Shown here piece after piece: positions 1 through 9,497 of a stretch of DNA of 32,000 nucleotides. The notes beneath the pieces were generated by a model. It had not been told where the DNA came from, did no database searches, and saw nothing but the letters and a program-made list of their open reading frames with translations. Positions within the stretch are counted from its first letter, which is position 1; every line of letters starts with the position of its first letter. The stretch comes from Acaryochloridaceae cyanobacterium VAR_48_metabat_390 (GTDB lineage: Bacteria > Cyanobacteriota > Cyanobacteriia > Thermosynechococcales > Thermosynechococcaceae), in NCBI GenBank assembly GCA_031422435.1, contig JANPLU010000048.1, forward strand, positions 1 through 32,000, in the 5' to 3' direction. The position numbers and the translations under genes were made by a program.

Positions 1-7
1 CACTACT

Positions 8-562
8 ATGGCTCTTGAATGTCTCAACGCCGTTTTTTCGCAGCTTAATAAAACCCATTGGAAAGATCAGCAGTCCTTTGAAAAATTTATGCGTCTATGG
101 CCCGAGATTGTGGGTGCGGCTGTTGCGGCACAAACGCGTCCGGTTAAGCTGAGCGACCAGGGGATTTTGTACGTTACGGTATCGAGTGGCGTGTGGGCAC
201 AAAATTTAGCCTTCGAGCGGGTCAGACTTTTAAAAAAGGTTAATGCGTCTTGGAACGGCACAGTTAAAGATATTTACTTTTCCACCCGAGACTGGCACCG
301 CAGTAGTTCTCTTCGTCTGCGTCAGGGGATGGAACTAAAGCTTATTTCTAGTCCGGCGCTGAAGATCTCAGGGAAAAGACCGCAGCCAAAAGACGCTCGA
401 GATGCGTTTTCTCGCTGGTCTTTAGCCGTGCAAAAGCAGACCAAGGGAAATGTTTCTTGCCCTTTATGCCAATGCCCTACACCCCTTGAAGAACTTAAGC
501 GTTGGGGTCACTGTTCGCTGTGCCTCAGTCGCCCTCAGTCAGAAAAATTTCCCAAACTTTAA
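8..562 (+). CDS. DUF721 / COG5512-type protein with C-terminal Zn-ribbon
   Basis: The N-terminal region (WPEIVG...YVTVSSGVWAQNLAFER) resembles the DUF721 family. The C-terminus has CPLCQC...CSLC cysteine pairs. Confidence 0.6.
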   Translation: MALECLNAVFSQLNKTHWKDQQSFEKFMRLWPEIVGAAVAAQTRPVKLSDQGILYVTVSSGVWAQNLAFERVRLLKKVNASWNGTVKDIYFSTRDWHRSSSLRLRQGMELKLISSPALKISGKRPQPKDARDAFSRWSLAVQKQTKGNVSCPLCQCPTPLEELKRWGHCSLCLSRPQSEKFPKL

Positions 563-588
563 CGAGTGCGCCAGAGAAAGCCGCCGAT

Positions 589-1005
589 CTAGACTTGTCC
601 CAGAATTTGTGAAAACTGAGCGTGCATAAGCGCAATCTCTGGGCTGTGCTGAATGGCTTGAGCATAGCGATGCTCGGCAGTAGAGCCGTCCTCGAGCGGG
701 GTAAGGAGCGCCTGTACTGCTGTCAAAAGCGTTTCAGCCGATTCGGCTTCTTCTGGCTTTTTGGCATTGAGCTGTTCATCAATACGAACAATCATTTGAG
801 AGATGGGTCGCAGCCAGTTAAACCATTCGTGCCCCAACACAAGCTGAAAATATTCACCTCTTGTCGCAATGACGCCGTGCGTTTGCTCATAGGTATTACG
901 CTCATGCTCCATCAGGGCTTTATGGAGGTTTAGCAGTAGGGGTCTAAGATTACGCAGGCGCTGTTGAGACTGCTGATTGAGGTCTGTATCTGAGAGCATT
1001 GACAC
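589..1005 (-). CDS. hypothetical protein (138 aa)
   Basis: Clean ORF with no recognisable motif. It is co-oriented with neighbouring minus-strand genes, and the antisense ORF 622..933 looks spurious. Confidence 0.5.
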   Translation of the reverse strand: MSMLSDTDLNQQSQQRLRNLRPLLLNLHKALMEHERNTYEQTHGVIATRGEYFQLVLGHEWFNWLRPISQMIVRIDEQLNAKKPEEAESAETLLTAVQALLTPLEDGSTAEHRYAQAIQHSPEIALMHAQFSQILGQV

Positions 1006-1118
1006 AAAATAGATAAGCGAAGGTGAAAAAATTGAATGAAGGAGTTTTGCAAAGATGACTCACTGAGGGATGAAGCGCAGAAATAATACCCCATGCCCCA
1101 GTGAGACACTTTAAGCAC

Positions 1119-1316
1119 TTAGGAATGGGCGGGTTCTTCAGTAGCGCCACCAGCGGCAGTAGTCCGAGCCTGCTGCTGCTCTAGGGTGGCGATCGCCGCA
1201 TTTACTGCCGCCAAACGGGTTTCTAGGCCATCTCGTGACATTTTGAGAAATTCTAGTTGGGCTTTGCGACAGTGTTGCCGCGTGGCGGCATCCATAAAAC
1301 AGGAAAATGGAAACAT
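1119..1316 (-). CDS. small hypothetical protein (65 aa, helical/coiled-coil-like)
   Basis: ORF only. Two other overlapping ORFs compete for this region, so the choice is uncertain. Confidence 0.3.
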   Translation of the reverse strand: MFPFSCFMDAATRQHCRKAQLEFLKMSRDGLETRLAAVNAAIATLEQQQARTTAAGGATEEPAHS

Positions 1317-1455
1317 AAGAATTATCCAGCGCTATGACTCTTCTATAGTATGCAAAGTTTTGTGTCAATGGTGTCGATGAATTTTAAGCAGTAGAACGGT
1401 AATCCTTAGAGAGGCTATGAGCGAGTTCTGCATCCTGAAATTCAGCAGAGCTACT

Positions 1456-2043
1456 TTAACTTGCTGTAGGGCAGTCTGTTAACCAAGCTTTAATTGCAAC
1501 GGCAACGCTGCCGTCACTGCTGTTGCGTGGCGCAAGGGGTGGCTGCGAGACAGTGGCAGGATAGACTCCAATCGTGGAATACATCATCGCAAGCTGCCAA
1601 TGCTGCTGCTGCCCAGCGAAGAAAGCCCAGTGATATTCCTGAAGGTTAGAAATGCGTTGCCCATCATAGCGACGCATTAGGGTTGTAAAAAAAACCTGCT
1701 TAACGTCACTCGATTGAGGCTGTGGCGGTAAATCTACTATGCCCGACAGGGGTAAAGGTTCAAATTCGGGTTTTGCCGCCAGCAAAATGTAGCTTTTCGT
1801 AATTCCTGCACGGATACGAACGCGGTTGATGTAGCTCGGTAAGTCTGGGAGCATCCTGTCTATGAGCGCAGTGAGGCTACTCGGACACTGTTGAGCAAGG
1901 GGCGTGGCTTCGGGAGCCGATGGTTGGCTAAAGGCTGGTTTTGCAACCGCCGCCAAGCTATTGCAGAAGACCAGGCTTAAAAGAGTTCCAGCACTGGCGA
2001 TCGCCCCTTTCCTTTGTCCCCAATGCCTAAACAAGGGCAGCAA
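1456..2043 (-). CDS. hypothetical exported protein
   Basis: The track ORF 1456..2124 overlaps the pyrF 3' end by 98 nt. A TTG at 2043 would begin just before a signal-peptide-like segment ([26 protein letters not shown]). The start is uncertain. Confidence 0.45.
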   Translation of the reverse strand: MLPLFRHWGQRKGAIASAGTLLSLVFCNSLAAVAKPAFSQPSAPEATPLAQQCPSSLTALIDRMLPDLPSYINRVRIRAGITKSYILLAAKPEFEPLPLSGIVDLPPQPQSSDVKQVFFTTLMRRYDGQRISNLQEYHWAFFAGQQQHWQLAMMYSTIGVYPATVSQPPLAPRNSSDGSVAVAIKAWLTDCPTAS

Positions 2044-2767
2044 TTTCCTGACAAATGGCAGCAAAGGCCGCTGCGGGGTCGGCGGACTCTGTGATGGGAC
2101 GACCAATGACGAGATGATTAGCACCAGCGGCGATCGCCTCAGCAGGCGTTAGTGCGCGCTGTTGGTCGCCCAAGGCCGCACCCTTAGGCCGCACCCCAGG
2201 ACACACCAGCAAAAAGTTATCCCCACAGATTTGTCGCAGTTGACTGGCTTCTTGAGGAGAACACACTGCGCCACTCAACCCAGATTCTTTTGCTAATAGC
2301 GCCATCTGAAGGGCATACTCTGGAAGCTCTAGCGGGATTTTGAGATCAAAGGCTAGTTCCCGAGCAGACAGGCTCGTGAGTACCGTAATTGCAATAACCT
2401 TGGGTGGCGCAACCCCTGTTTGGGCTGCTCCTTCAATTGCGGCAGCTTGAGCAGCTTTAAGCCCCACTCGTCCGTTGGTGGCATGAACTGTTAGCAAATC
2501 TACGCCATACCGACCTGCGGCGCGACAGGCTCCGGCAACGGTGTTGGGGATATCGTGGAGCTTTAGGTCTAAGAAGATTTTCTTCTGATGCTGTTTCAAA
2601 TAGTCCAGAATACTAGGGCCGCTGCTGACAAATAGCTCTAGACCCACTTTCCAAAACTGCACCTCGCTGAGAGAGTCTATGAGGGCGATCGCCGCATCTT
2701 TGCTTGGTACATCTAGAGGCACGATGATGCGATCGGCAATGGCAGTAGGAGTAGCTGAAGAATTCAC
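2027..2767 (-). CDS. pyrF: orotidine 5'-phosphate decarboxylase
   Basis: Carries the OMP decarboxylase signatures [15 protein letters not shown] and [13 protein letters not shown], at typical length. Confidence 0.9.
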   Translation of the reverse strand: MNSSATPTAIADRIIVPLDVPSKDAAIALIDSLSEVQFWKVGLELFVSSGPSILDYLKQHQKKIFLDLKLHDIPNTVAGACRAAGRYGVDLLTVHATNGRVGLKAAQAAAIEGAAQTGVAPPKVIAITVLTSLSARELAFDLKIPLELPEYALQMALLAKESGLSGAVCSPQEASQLRQICGDNFLLVCPGVRPKGAALGDQQRALTPAEAIAAGANHLVIGRPITESADPAAAFAAICQEIAALV

Positions 2768-2812
2768 AAAACGTCCCCAAAATATTTGCTCTTATTATGG
2801 CAGGTCAATGGG

Positions 2813-3280
2813 TTATGGCAGGTCAACAGAATCAATGAATGACGGAAGAAAGTCTTGACTTAAAATCTGATCTGCCCCATAGAGACAATTTGATGGGAAG
2901 GATATTGAGAGCAACCCCGTCTCATCACTGGCATCTTCGACGGCGTCTTGATAGCACTGCTCAATCTGCGCCTCAAAATAGGACTTAAGCGATGGATACT
3001 TTCGCAGTAGTCGGCTAATTTGCTTACGAGACTCTCGAATGCTACTTTCCCAACTGGGCGATCGCCGCTCCGCCTGGTGCTGCCATTTCAGCAGATGCAT
3101 CAGCAGTCGGGTGAGCTGACTATCGATCGCATCCCGATGCCGATTTCCCAAATCTTCTACCTCTTCAATCAGATGGGCGAGATCCAGCTCATCAAACCGA
3201 CCCTCCCGCAAAAGTCCAACCGTTTGGCTCACCCAATCGACAAAATCTAAGTCGTAAAGCCTTGGTTTTGCTAGTGTCAT
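2813..3280 (-). CDS. DUF29 domain protein
   Basis: N-terminus LYDLDFVDWVSQTVGLLREGRFDELDLAHLIEEVEDLG is the characteristic DUF29 pattern common in cyanobacteria. Confidence 0.75.
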   Translation of the reverse strand: MTLAKPRLYDLDFVDWVSQTVGLLREGRFDELDLAHLIEEVEDLGNRHRDAIDSQLTRLLMHLLKWQHQAERRSPSWESSIRESRKQISRLLRKYPSLKSYFEAQIEQCYQDAVEDASDETGLLSISFPSNCLYGADQILSQDFLPSFIDSVDLP

Positions 3281-3326
3281 GCTCTTACCTCTGCCTTAAC
3301 GGTAAGGAAATCCTATTTATCAAAAG

Positions 3327-3399
3327 CGAGCATGGAGGGATTCGAACCCCCGACCCTTTGGACCGGAACCAAATGCGCTATCCACTGCGCCACATGCCC
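3327..3399 (-). tRNA. tRNA-Arg (anticodon CCG)
   Basis: The reverse complement folds as a cloverleaf: acceptor GGGCATG/CATGCTC, D-arm GCGC-AGTGGATA-GCGC, anticodon stem TTTGG/CCAAA with loop TTCCGGT, and T-arm GGGGG-TTCGAAT-CCCTC. CCA is not encoded. Confidence 0.9.
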
Positions 3400-3482
3400 T
3401 TGACTGCATTTTTCTAAACGCAGCAGCCCCTTTAGCTTATCGTTTACCCGTAGCAACCGCAAATGAAACGATGCGCAGAATC

Positions 3483-4655
3483 CTATAAAAATGCCATTGG
3501 GTCGGTGGGTTCGCCCTGGCGGCGCACTTCAAAATGAAGGTGCGGTCCCGTCGAAAGACCTGTGGAACCCACAGCAGCGATCGGCTGACCTTTCTGTACG
3601 ACTTGCCCTGCCGTGACGTACATCTCGCTGGCATGACCGTATAGAGTTGTAACGTCGTTGCCGTGGTCAATAATGACTGCGTTGCCGTAGCCTCCGCTCC
3701 ATTCTGCTGCTATGACTACGCCGTTGTCTGCGGCTCTAATGATGCTGCCGTATTCTGCACCAAAGTCTACGCCATTGTGGAGGCGACTGGTGCCAAGAAT
3801 GGGGTGTACCCGCCAGCCAAAAGGACTGGTAATGGGGCCATCGGACGGCAGTAAAAACTGACCCGAACCTGGGACAAATATTGCGCCAGGAAACGCAATT
3901 CTCGCAGCTAGCTTTTGCTGAATATTTTGCGAAATGCGGCTAGATTCTTCTGCTAGCTGCTGTTCGGCGGCGGTCAGGGCTTGGCGATCGCTCTTCAGTC
4001 GATTGGCGAGAATGCTTTCGGATTGCGCCTGGTCTTGGGCAGATACCTTTTGGGTGGTGAGCTGCTGAGTAATAAGCGCAATCTGGTTTTTTTGAGCCTC
4101 AGTTTCTAGCTTTTTAGCCTCGATGACATCTTTTGCCTGCTTAAGCTCCACTAATGCCTTTTGGTCTTCGCCATAAACCCGCTTAAGCTGATACTGGCGA
4201 TCTATTAAAGCTTCTAAGGATCGACTTTGCATGAGGGCAACCCACCCTTGAGCGTCGTTTTGGCGCTGCAAAAATCGGAGCCGTGCAGCGGTGCTGGTCT
4301 GCTGCTTATCGTATTTTGCCTGGAATACAGCAAGTTCCTTTTCGATTTGCTTTAGCTTTTCATTCGCGGCCTTTAGCTTATTCTGCTGCACTTCAATTTG
4401 GGAGGCGGTAGCCTCAATTTGTTGCCCCAGCCCCCCAATGCGATCGCGGGTAGCCTTCTCCTGCTGCTCTAGCTGCTGTTTGGCCTGATTCACGCTAGAG
4501 CGGTACTGATTAATCTGCTGCTGCTTTTGCTGAAGCTCTGGCAAAGATGCGTCATTGACCGCCCAGGCCGTTGCTGGAGGCAGCAGCAGCTCCCCTAGTG
4601 CAAGCTGCATGGCAATGGAGAACGCTAAAATTAACCCTTTAAAAGCAGTGAACAT
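3483..4655 (-). CDS. M23 (LytM) family peptidoglycan metalloendopeptidase with N-terminal signal and long Q-rich coiled coil
   Basis: C-terminal motifs HNGVDF, GYGNAVIIDHG, LYGHASE and GSTGLSTGPHLHFEV. The N-terminus is hydrophobic. Confidence 0.9.
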   Translation of the reverse strand: MFTAFKGLILAFSIAMQLALGELLLPPATAWAVNDASLPELQQKQQQINQYRSSVNQAKQQLEQQEKATRDRIGGLGQQIEATASQIEVQQNKLKAANEKLKQIEKELAVFQAKYDKQQTSTAARLRFLQRQNDAQGWVALMQSRSLEALIDRQYQLKRVYGEDQKALVELKQAKDVIEAKKLETEAQKNQIALITQQLTTQKVSAQDQAQSESILANRLKSDRQALTAAEQQLAEESSRISQNIQQKLAARIAFPGAIFVPGSGQFLLPSDGPITSPFGWRVHPILGTSRLHNGVDFGAEYGSIIRAADNGVVIAAEWSGGYGNAVIIDHGNDVTTLYGHASEMYVTAGQVVQKGQPIAAVGSTGLSTGPHLHFEVRRQGEPTDPMAFL

Positions 4656-4800
4656 TCAGATTGGCCTGAAATAGGCTTGATTAAGACATTATGAAGGCGG
4701 CCTATGCAAACAGACGTATGCCCTAAGCTAATGTACCCTAATCTTTTAATTCGCCGAACTTATCTGCCGCACGGATGGCTCATTTATTTCAGTTTTATAG

Positions 4801-5187
4801 CTACAGCGCCGCTTTGACCTGTGCCTCAAACCAGCCAATGATTTGTGGCAGCGTGAGTTTCTCAAGGGCAATATTTTCTTGCTGGGCAATTTTTTGAAGC
4901 GGAATGAGGGATGAAATCAGTAAGCGGTCAAACAGCTCTATAAAAGACTCATCCGCTGGCGCTTGAAGGTTGAGGCTAGCATCTTGACGAATCCAGGTGC
5001 TAATCTGCTGAGGCTGAAGTTCTGCAATGGTGATGCTCAAGGCTTGACTCACCTGCTGTAGATATCGCCAGCTATAGACTGTGATGCGAATTGAAAAGCG
5101 ATCGCGGGTGGGCAGTAAGGTCTGATCAATCTGGGCACATTCTTCAGGCGAAAGAAACTGACCGAAGGATTCAGGAAAATTTAGCAT
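4801..5187 (-). CDS. hypothetical protein (128 aa) translationally coupled to the methyltransferase
   Basis: Its ATG (5187..5185) overlaps the methyltransferase stop (5183..5181) in the sequence ATGCTAA. I recognised no motif. Confidence 0.5.
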   Translation of the reverse strand: MLNFPESFGQFLSPEECAQIDQTLLPTRDRFSIRITVYSWRYLQQVSQALSITIAELQPQQISTWIRQDASLNLQAPADESFIELFDRLLISSLIPLQKIAQQENIALEKLTLPQIIGWFEAQVKAAL

Positions 5188-6512
5188 GGCGAACTTTCTA
5201 GCTGTTTGCTTTTTGTGGTCCTACTTTTGCTATCGCGGCGGCGAATGGGCACCTCAATACCCCAGTATCGCGCAGCCTGGGACATATCCAGTTCAAGGAG
5301 CGTAAGGTCGCCCAATTTTAGAAAATTTTGGGGCTGCATAGGCTTAGCCTTCATTGCTTCCATCAGCGAGGCCGCGACATGACGGGCAAGCGGTGGCGGT
5401 ACTGCATTGCCAATTTGTCTCGCCCCGTGCCATTTTGTGTGATGCAACCTAAACCAGTCGGGGAAGCCATGCAGCCGTGCCATCTCGCGCACCGTAATAC
5501 AGCGGGGCTGCTCATAGTGGATGGGTCGGGGACTCGTAAAGGCGCCTCGTGCCGAATCTGTCCCAGCGCGTAAAGTATTGGCTACACCGTCTACCGAAAG
5601 CTTAAAAAACCTTGAGATTGGCTCAACCTGGCCTGGGGACGTTTCGGCAAAGCGACGGCGAGAAATGTCTGAATGATTAGAGCGGATGCTAGAGGTTAAT
5701 AGCTTAGGATTCCACTGTCTGTGGTAGCCACAATGCCATGAACCATTTGCTATGCAGCGCATCTCTTGGGCATAGGCGCTCTTAGGTTTCTGCCAGCGCC
5801 AGAGAAGCGTGTTATCGCCTTTCACAAGCGCATCGAACGCCTCAGGATCGGGTAAATCGCTGAGGGCATCGTGGCAAGATGGCCCTTCGGGGAGTTTAAG
5901 CGCCGCAAACTTAGCCACTCCAGCAGGTCTTGTAGTCGGTTCAGGGTATTCTGGCAGCGGCAAGCCCTGCCTTGCACCCATTAAAATCAATCGCTCTCGG
6001 TTTTGCGGCACGCCAAAAAACGATGCGTTAAGGACTTTCCACGGCAGCAACACCCGATAGCCCAACTCATCAAATGCAGCGATCAGCTCTTCTAAAAACA
6101 GCCGATGTTTACCAACCGTCAGCCCCTTCACGTTCTCAAACACAAAATAGGAGGCTTCTAACTCATCCACAATCCTTACAAACTCTCGCACCAAAGCATT
6201 TCGCGGATCTTCAAGGGCACGTTGCCCCATCAGCGAAAAGCCCTGGCAGGGTGCGCCGCCAAATACGACATCAACAGGGCGATCGCCAATCCCTGCTGCT
6301 AGCCGAATATCTGCCCCAGATAGCGTCGCCACAGACTGAGGCAGCACCGCGCAATTAGGGAAATTAAACTTGTGAACTGCCGCGTGGACAGGGTCTACCT
6401 CAACTGCTGCGACCACATCAAACCCAGCTTGCTCAAAACCTAGGCTAAGGCCCCCTGCCCCTGCAAATAAATCAATTCCGGTGGGTCTGTAGGACATGCT
6501 TAACTCATTCAT
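5181..6512 (-). CDS. DNA (cytosine-5)-methyltransferase, orphan (no adjacent nuclease)
   Basis: Motifs appear in canonical order: I DLFAGAGGLSLGF, IV GGAPCQGFS, VI FVFENVKG, VIII QNRERL, IX ITVREMARLHGFPD, X GNAVPPPLA. A basic tail of about 70 aa follows. Confidence 0.92.
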   Translation of the reverse strand: MNELSMSYRPTGIDLFAGAGGLSLGFEQAGFDVVAAVEVDPVHAAVHKFNFPNCAVLPQSVATLSGADIRLAAGIGDRPVDVVFGGAPCQGFSLMGQRALEDPRNALVREFVRIVDELEASYFVFENVKGLTVGKHRLFLEELIAAFDELGYRVLLPWKVLNASFFGVPQNRERLILMGARQGLPLPEYPEPTTRPAGVAKFAALKLPEGPSCHDALSDLPDPEAFDALVKGDNTLLWRWQKPKSAYAQEMRCIANGSWHCGYHRQWNPKLLTSSIRSNHSDISRRRFAETSPGQVEPISRFFKLSVDGVANTLRAGTDSARGAFTSPRPIHYEQPRCITVREMARLHGFPDWFRLHHTKWHGARQIGNAVPPPLARHVAASLMEAMKAKPMQPQNFLKLGDLTLLELDMSQAARYWGIEVPIRRRDSKSRTTKSKQLESSPC

Positions 6513-6528
6513 CTACTGGATTAAACCA

Positions 6529-6555
6529 AAAAACACGTCGCTAGGACGTGTTTTT
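6529..6555 (-). terminator. rho-independent terminator downstream of ado (bidirectional hairpin)
   Basis: Perfect 11-bp stem aaaaacacgtc / gacgtgttttt with loop gctag. On the minus strand the stem is followed by a T-run. It lies 30 nt after the ado stop and 17 nt before the methyltransferase start. Confidence 0.6.
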
Positions 6556-6585
6556 GATTTCGCTAGTTAGCGCTACGAGCGTTAA

Positions 6586-7281
6586 CTAGGCAGCAACTAA
6601 GCCATAGGCAGACATCTTCATAATGTCGCGGGTGGTAAAGCCGATATTGCTAAGGGCTTCGCCGTACTGAATCATAAAGTCCTCGACCAGCGCCTCTTTT
6701 TCCATGTTCAGGACTTTTGCATCCTTTTCCACTTCATTGAGCATCCGCCAAACGATGGGCAAATTTTGGCGATTGGCAGCTTCAACTTCTTCCTTGGTAG
6801 CCTCAAAGTTTTCCTTGAGCCAGATTTCCCCAAAGTTGAGGTGGCTGTACTCATCTTTAACCACGCCCTCGGTGATTTTACGAGCAAAGTCATCCGCGAC
6901 AGGGATGTAGATGTTGTAGGCGGCGATCGCAAAGCACTCAATAATCAGCGACTGAATCACCAAACAGGCTGCAACCTTGTTTTCGCTGGCGGCAGTTTGG
7001 AAATTTTCATGGAGGCTCGCAAAAAATTGACTCGCAAAGCCTAAGTCCGGCGTAACGCTGAGATTCCGAGCGCAGGCTTCAAACCCCTTGCGATGCCGAG
7101 CCTCCATCTTAGAAAGACGCAAGAGATCGTCTTTTTGATTCGGCAGCATCTCCGCTAGACGGATGTAGTTTTCGTGAGCTTCCTGTTCGCCTTCAATCAC
7201 GATTCCATTGATTCGGCTATAGGCGTCACGGTAGATATCACTATGAAAATCAATGTCCGGGCTAGCCTGGAGTTGGGGCAT
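6586..7281 (-). CDS. ado: aldehyde-deformylating oxygenase (alkane biosynthesis)
   Basis: Near-identical blocks to known cyanobacterial ADO: [23 protein letters not shown], [41 protein letters not shown] and [13 protein letters not shown]. Confidence 0.95.
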   Translation of the reverse strand: MPQLQASPDIDFHSDIYRDAYSRINGIVIEGEQEAHENYIRLAEMLPNQKDDLLRLSKMEARHRKGFEACARNLSVTPDLGFASQFFASLHENFQTAASENKVAACLVIQSLIIECFAIAAYNIYIPVADDFARKITEGVVKDEYSHLNFGEIWLKENFEATKEEVEAANRQNLPIVWRMLNEVEKDAKVLNMEKEALVEDFMIQYGEALSNIGFTTRDIMKMSAYGLVAA

Positions 7282-8063
7282 ATCTGTTGAATCTCCTAGT
7301 GGTTCTATAGTTATGGGCTGAATTGATAAAGATTTATATCAAACAGTCATTATGTAATCTGAGTCCTTTACAGTTTACTGCACTCTCTAGAGGCATTCAG
7401 AATTTTCTGCCTTTAGAGTGATGAGTCTGTCTTGCAGCAAGGATGGATTTTTGACGCAAGGCGATCGCTCCAACCGCAAGCCTTTGTCTGAAGCCGAATC
7501 AATCTCTCTGATTTCAGCGTACCCAATTCGAGCCGTCTAATATTCTCTACGCATCTCAATGAGGATTGGATTTGTTTATAAAGAGATGCTTAAGTAAGCT
7601 AGAAGCCCTACATCAGCATGTTATCTTTTGTGGACTGGTGTAAAGGCGTGCAGAATTTAAGTCTAAAAAGTATAGGCATCAACGCAAGGACGATTTTAGA
7701 GTCCATGCTGACCTATAGAGCAGCATTAACTTTTGCCCACGCTTGAAAAAAGGGTAAAGAGTCTTTTAGATATTTAGGTGTGAGTATCAACAGGCTTTGA
7801 GCGGGCTTTATATATTCATACACCCAGGTTATGAAGCGTCTGGCTTGATACACTTCCCTAGCTTTAGTAGAAATACTGATCTCCACGTCTTGCAGCGTTC
7901 CGTTATCAGTCTTTTGGAAAATAAAGGTTCAGTATTTTATGGATGCTAAATCCGTCAAAATATCGTTAAATCAGTTAAATAAACGAATTGGTCTGGATTA
8001 AAGCAGGTATACCGCCACTTCATTAACCTATACCTGCGGCATCAAATTATTGGGGGTGAATTT

Positions 8064-8261
8064 ATGGCTGCTGCGACCAACACACAAAATCGACTGCTAG
8101 GCTTTCTGAAAGAAGAGCTGCTATTGCCCAGTGACTCCATTGATCTAGCGCTGCGTCAGTGTAATCAACGCTCTGGCTCGCTGCCCATTATCTTGTGGCA
8201 CTATGGCCTGATTACTTTAGATCAGCTCAGCAGTATTTATGACTGGTTAGAAACGGCTTAG
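8064..8261 (+). CDS. DUF2949-like small cyanobacterial protein
   Basis: 65 aa. The pattern LLGFLKEELLLP...LALR...LPIILWHYGLITLDQL..IYDWLETA matches my memory of the DUF2949 family. Confidence 0.6.
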   Translation: MAAATNTQNRLLGFLKEELLLPSDSIDLALRQCNQRSGSLPIILWHYGLITLDQLSSIYDWLETA

Positions 8262-8284
8262 TCTTTTACTATCTTGAAGCATTT

Positions 8285-9445
8285 CTATGATGAGGCGGCG
8301 AGCGCTTTACAGGCTGCGCTAACGCCAGCTCCAGGGGTAAAGGCTGTGTGACCTAGTTCTGGCAAGACCGCTTCTAACGCGGAGATTGCGGTCAAAATAT
8401 CGCGATCGCACACAAACCCCAGATGGCCTACCCGTACAATTTTACCTTCGAGTTCATCTTGCCCACCCGCCAGAGCAATATCAAAACGTTGGCGAAGATA
8501 TGATCGCAGCTTTTCTGCTTCAACAGGTGCAGTAACTACCGCCGTAATTGCAGGGCTAGCCGATGCATCATCTTGAGCATACAGAGACAGACCCAGCGCT
8601 CGGACAGCCGCACGAGTAGCAAGTTTATGACGATGATGACGCGCAAAAATGGCTTCTAGCCCTTCCTGTTGCATTATTTCTAAAGCAACCTGAAGCCCAA
8701 ACACAAGGTTAATGGCAGGTGTAAAGGGAGTCGTATTGTGAATCGCTTCAGCGCGATATTTACCGAGGTCTAGATAAAACTTAGGCAGCTTTGCGGTCTT
8801 GTAGGCATCCCACGCTTTTGCGCTTACGGATACAAAACCCAAGCCCGAGGGCATCATATAGCCCTTTTGAGAGGCTGATGCAACCACGTCTAGCTCCCAT
8901 TCATCAATGGGAACCGAAGCAGCACCTAAACTGGTCACGGCATCCACAATGCTTAGTGCCGTGCCGTGGGCTTTGATATAGCGACTAATCGTTTCTAGGT
9001 CGTTGATAACGCCCGTCGAGGTTTCGCTATGGGTGATGATGACGGCTTTAACTTGTTTGGCAGTATCGGCTTCTAAGGCTGCACGAATCGCTTCTGGATC
9101 TAGCGCTTTACCCCACGGTGCGCTGATGCGCTCTGCCGCTAGGCCAAACGCATCGCACATGTCAGCCCAGCGTTCGGCAAATTTGCCATTGCAGCAGACG
9201 AGGACGCGATCGCCAGGACTCAGGAAGTTCACGATGCTTGCTTCCATCGTGCCCGTGCCGCTGGCAGTTAGCACCAGTACGTCGTTAGCCGTCTGGTGAA
9301 GCCACTTCAGGTTTATTAAAACCTGCGCCATAATTTTGCTAAAGTCTGCACTCCGATGACCCATCGGGTGCCGCCCTAAAGCAGACAAAACAGATTCCGG
9401 AACTGGGGTAGGCCCCGGAATCATCAGCATGAGCTTATCTTTCAT
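8285..9445 (-). CDS. class-V PLP aminotransferase (serine-pyruvate / alanine-glyoxylate type; 'soluble hydrogenase small subunit'-like)
   Basis: Has the LMIPGPTPVP N-terminus and an SQKG PLP-lysine region. The start is trimmed to the ATG at 9445 (MKDKLMLMIPGP) because the longer ORF runs into gap2. Confidence 0.85.
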   Translation of the reverse strand: MKDKLMLMIPGPTPVPESVLSALGRHPMGHRSADFSKIMAQVLINLKWLHQTANDVLVLTASGTGTMEASIVNFLSPGDRVLVCCNGKFAERWADMCDAFGLAAERISAPWGKALDPEAIRAALEADTAKQVKAVIITHSETSTGVINDLETISRYIKAHGTALSIVDAVTSLGAASVPIDEWELDVVASASQKGYMMPSGLGFVSVSAKAWDAYKTAKLPKFYLDLGKYRAEAIHNTTPFTPAINLVFGLQVALEIMQQEGLEAIFARHHRHKLATRAAVRALGLSLYAQDDASASPAITAVVTAPVEAEKLRSYLRQRFDIALAGGQDELEGKIVRVGHLGFVCDRDILTAISALEAVLPELGHTAFTPGAGVSAACKALAASS

Positions 9446-9497
9446 TGCTGTCTTCTGTACCGATGTTAAGGATGGTGCCGCTGCCGCTGCTGTTACC

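Noticed and set aside
2044-2124. N-terminal 27 codons of track ORF 1456..2124
   Set aside because: They overlap the 3' end of pyrF on the same strand and precede the signal-peptide-like segment. An alternative TTG start at 2043 is more plausible.
3437-3670. 77-aa minus-strand ORF overlapping the end of the M23 peptidase gene
   Set aside because: It is out of frame with the strongly supported peptidase and has an unusual composition, so it is likely spurious.
4801-5187. The 128-aa ORF downstream of the C5-methyltransferase as a Vsr very-short-patch repair nuclease
   Set aside because: The dcm-vsr-like overlap is suggestive. However, the sequence lacks the Vsr hallmarks as I remember them (N-terminal basic region, FVDGCFWHxH-type motif).
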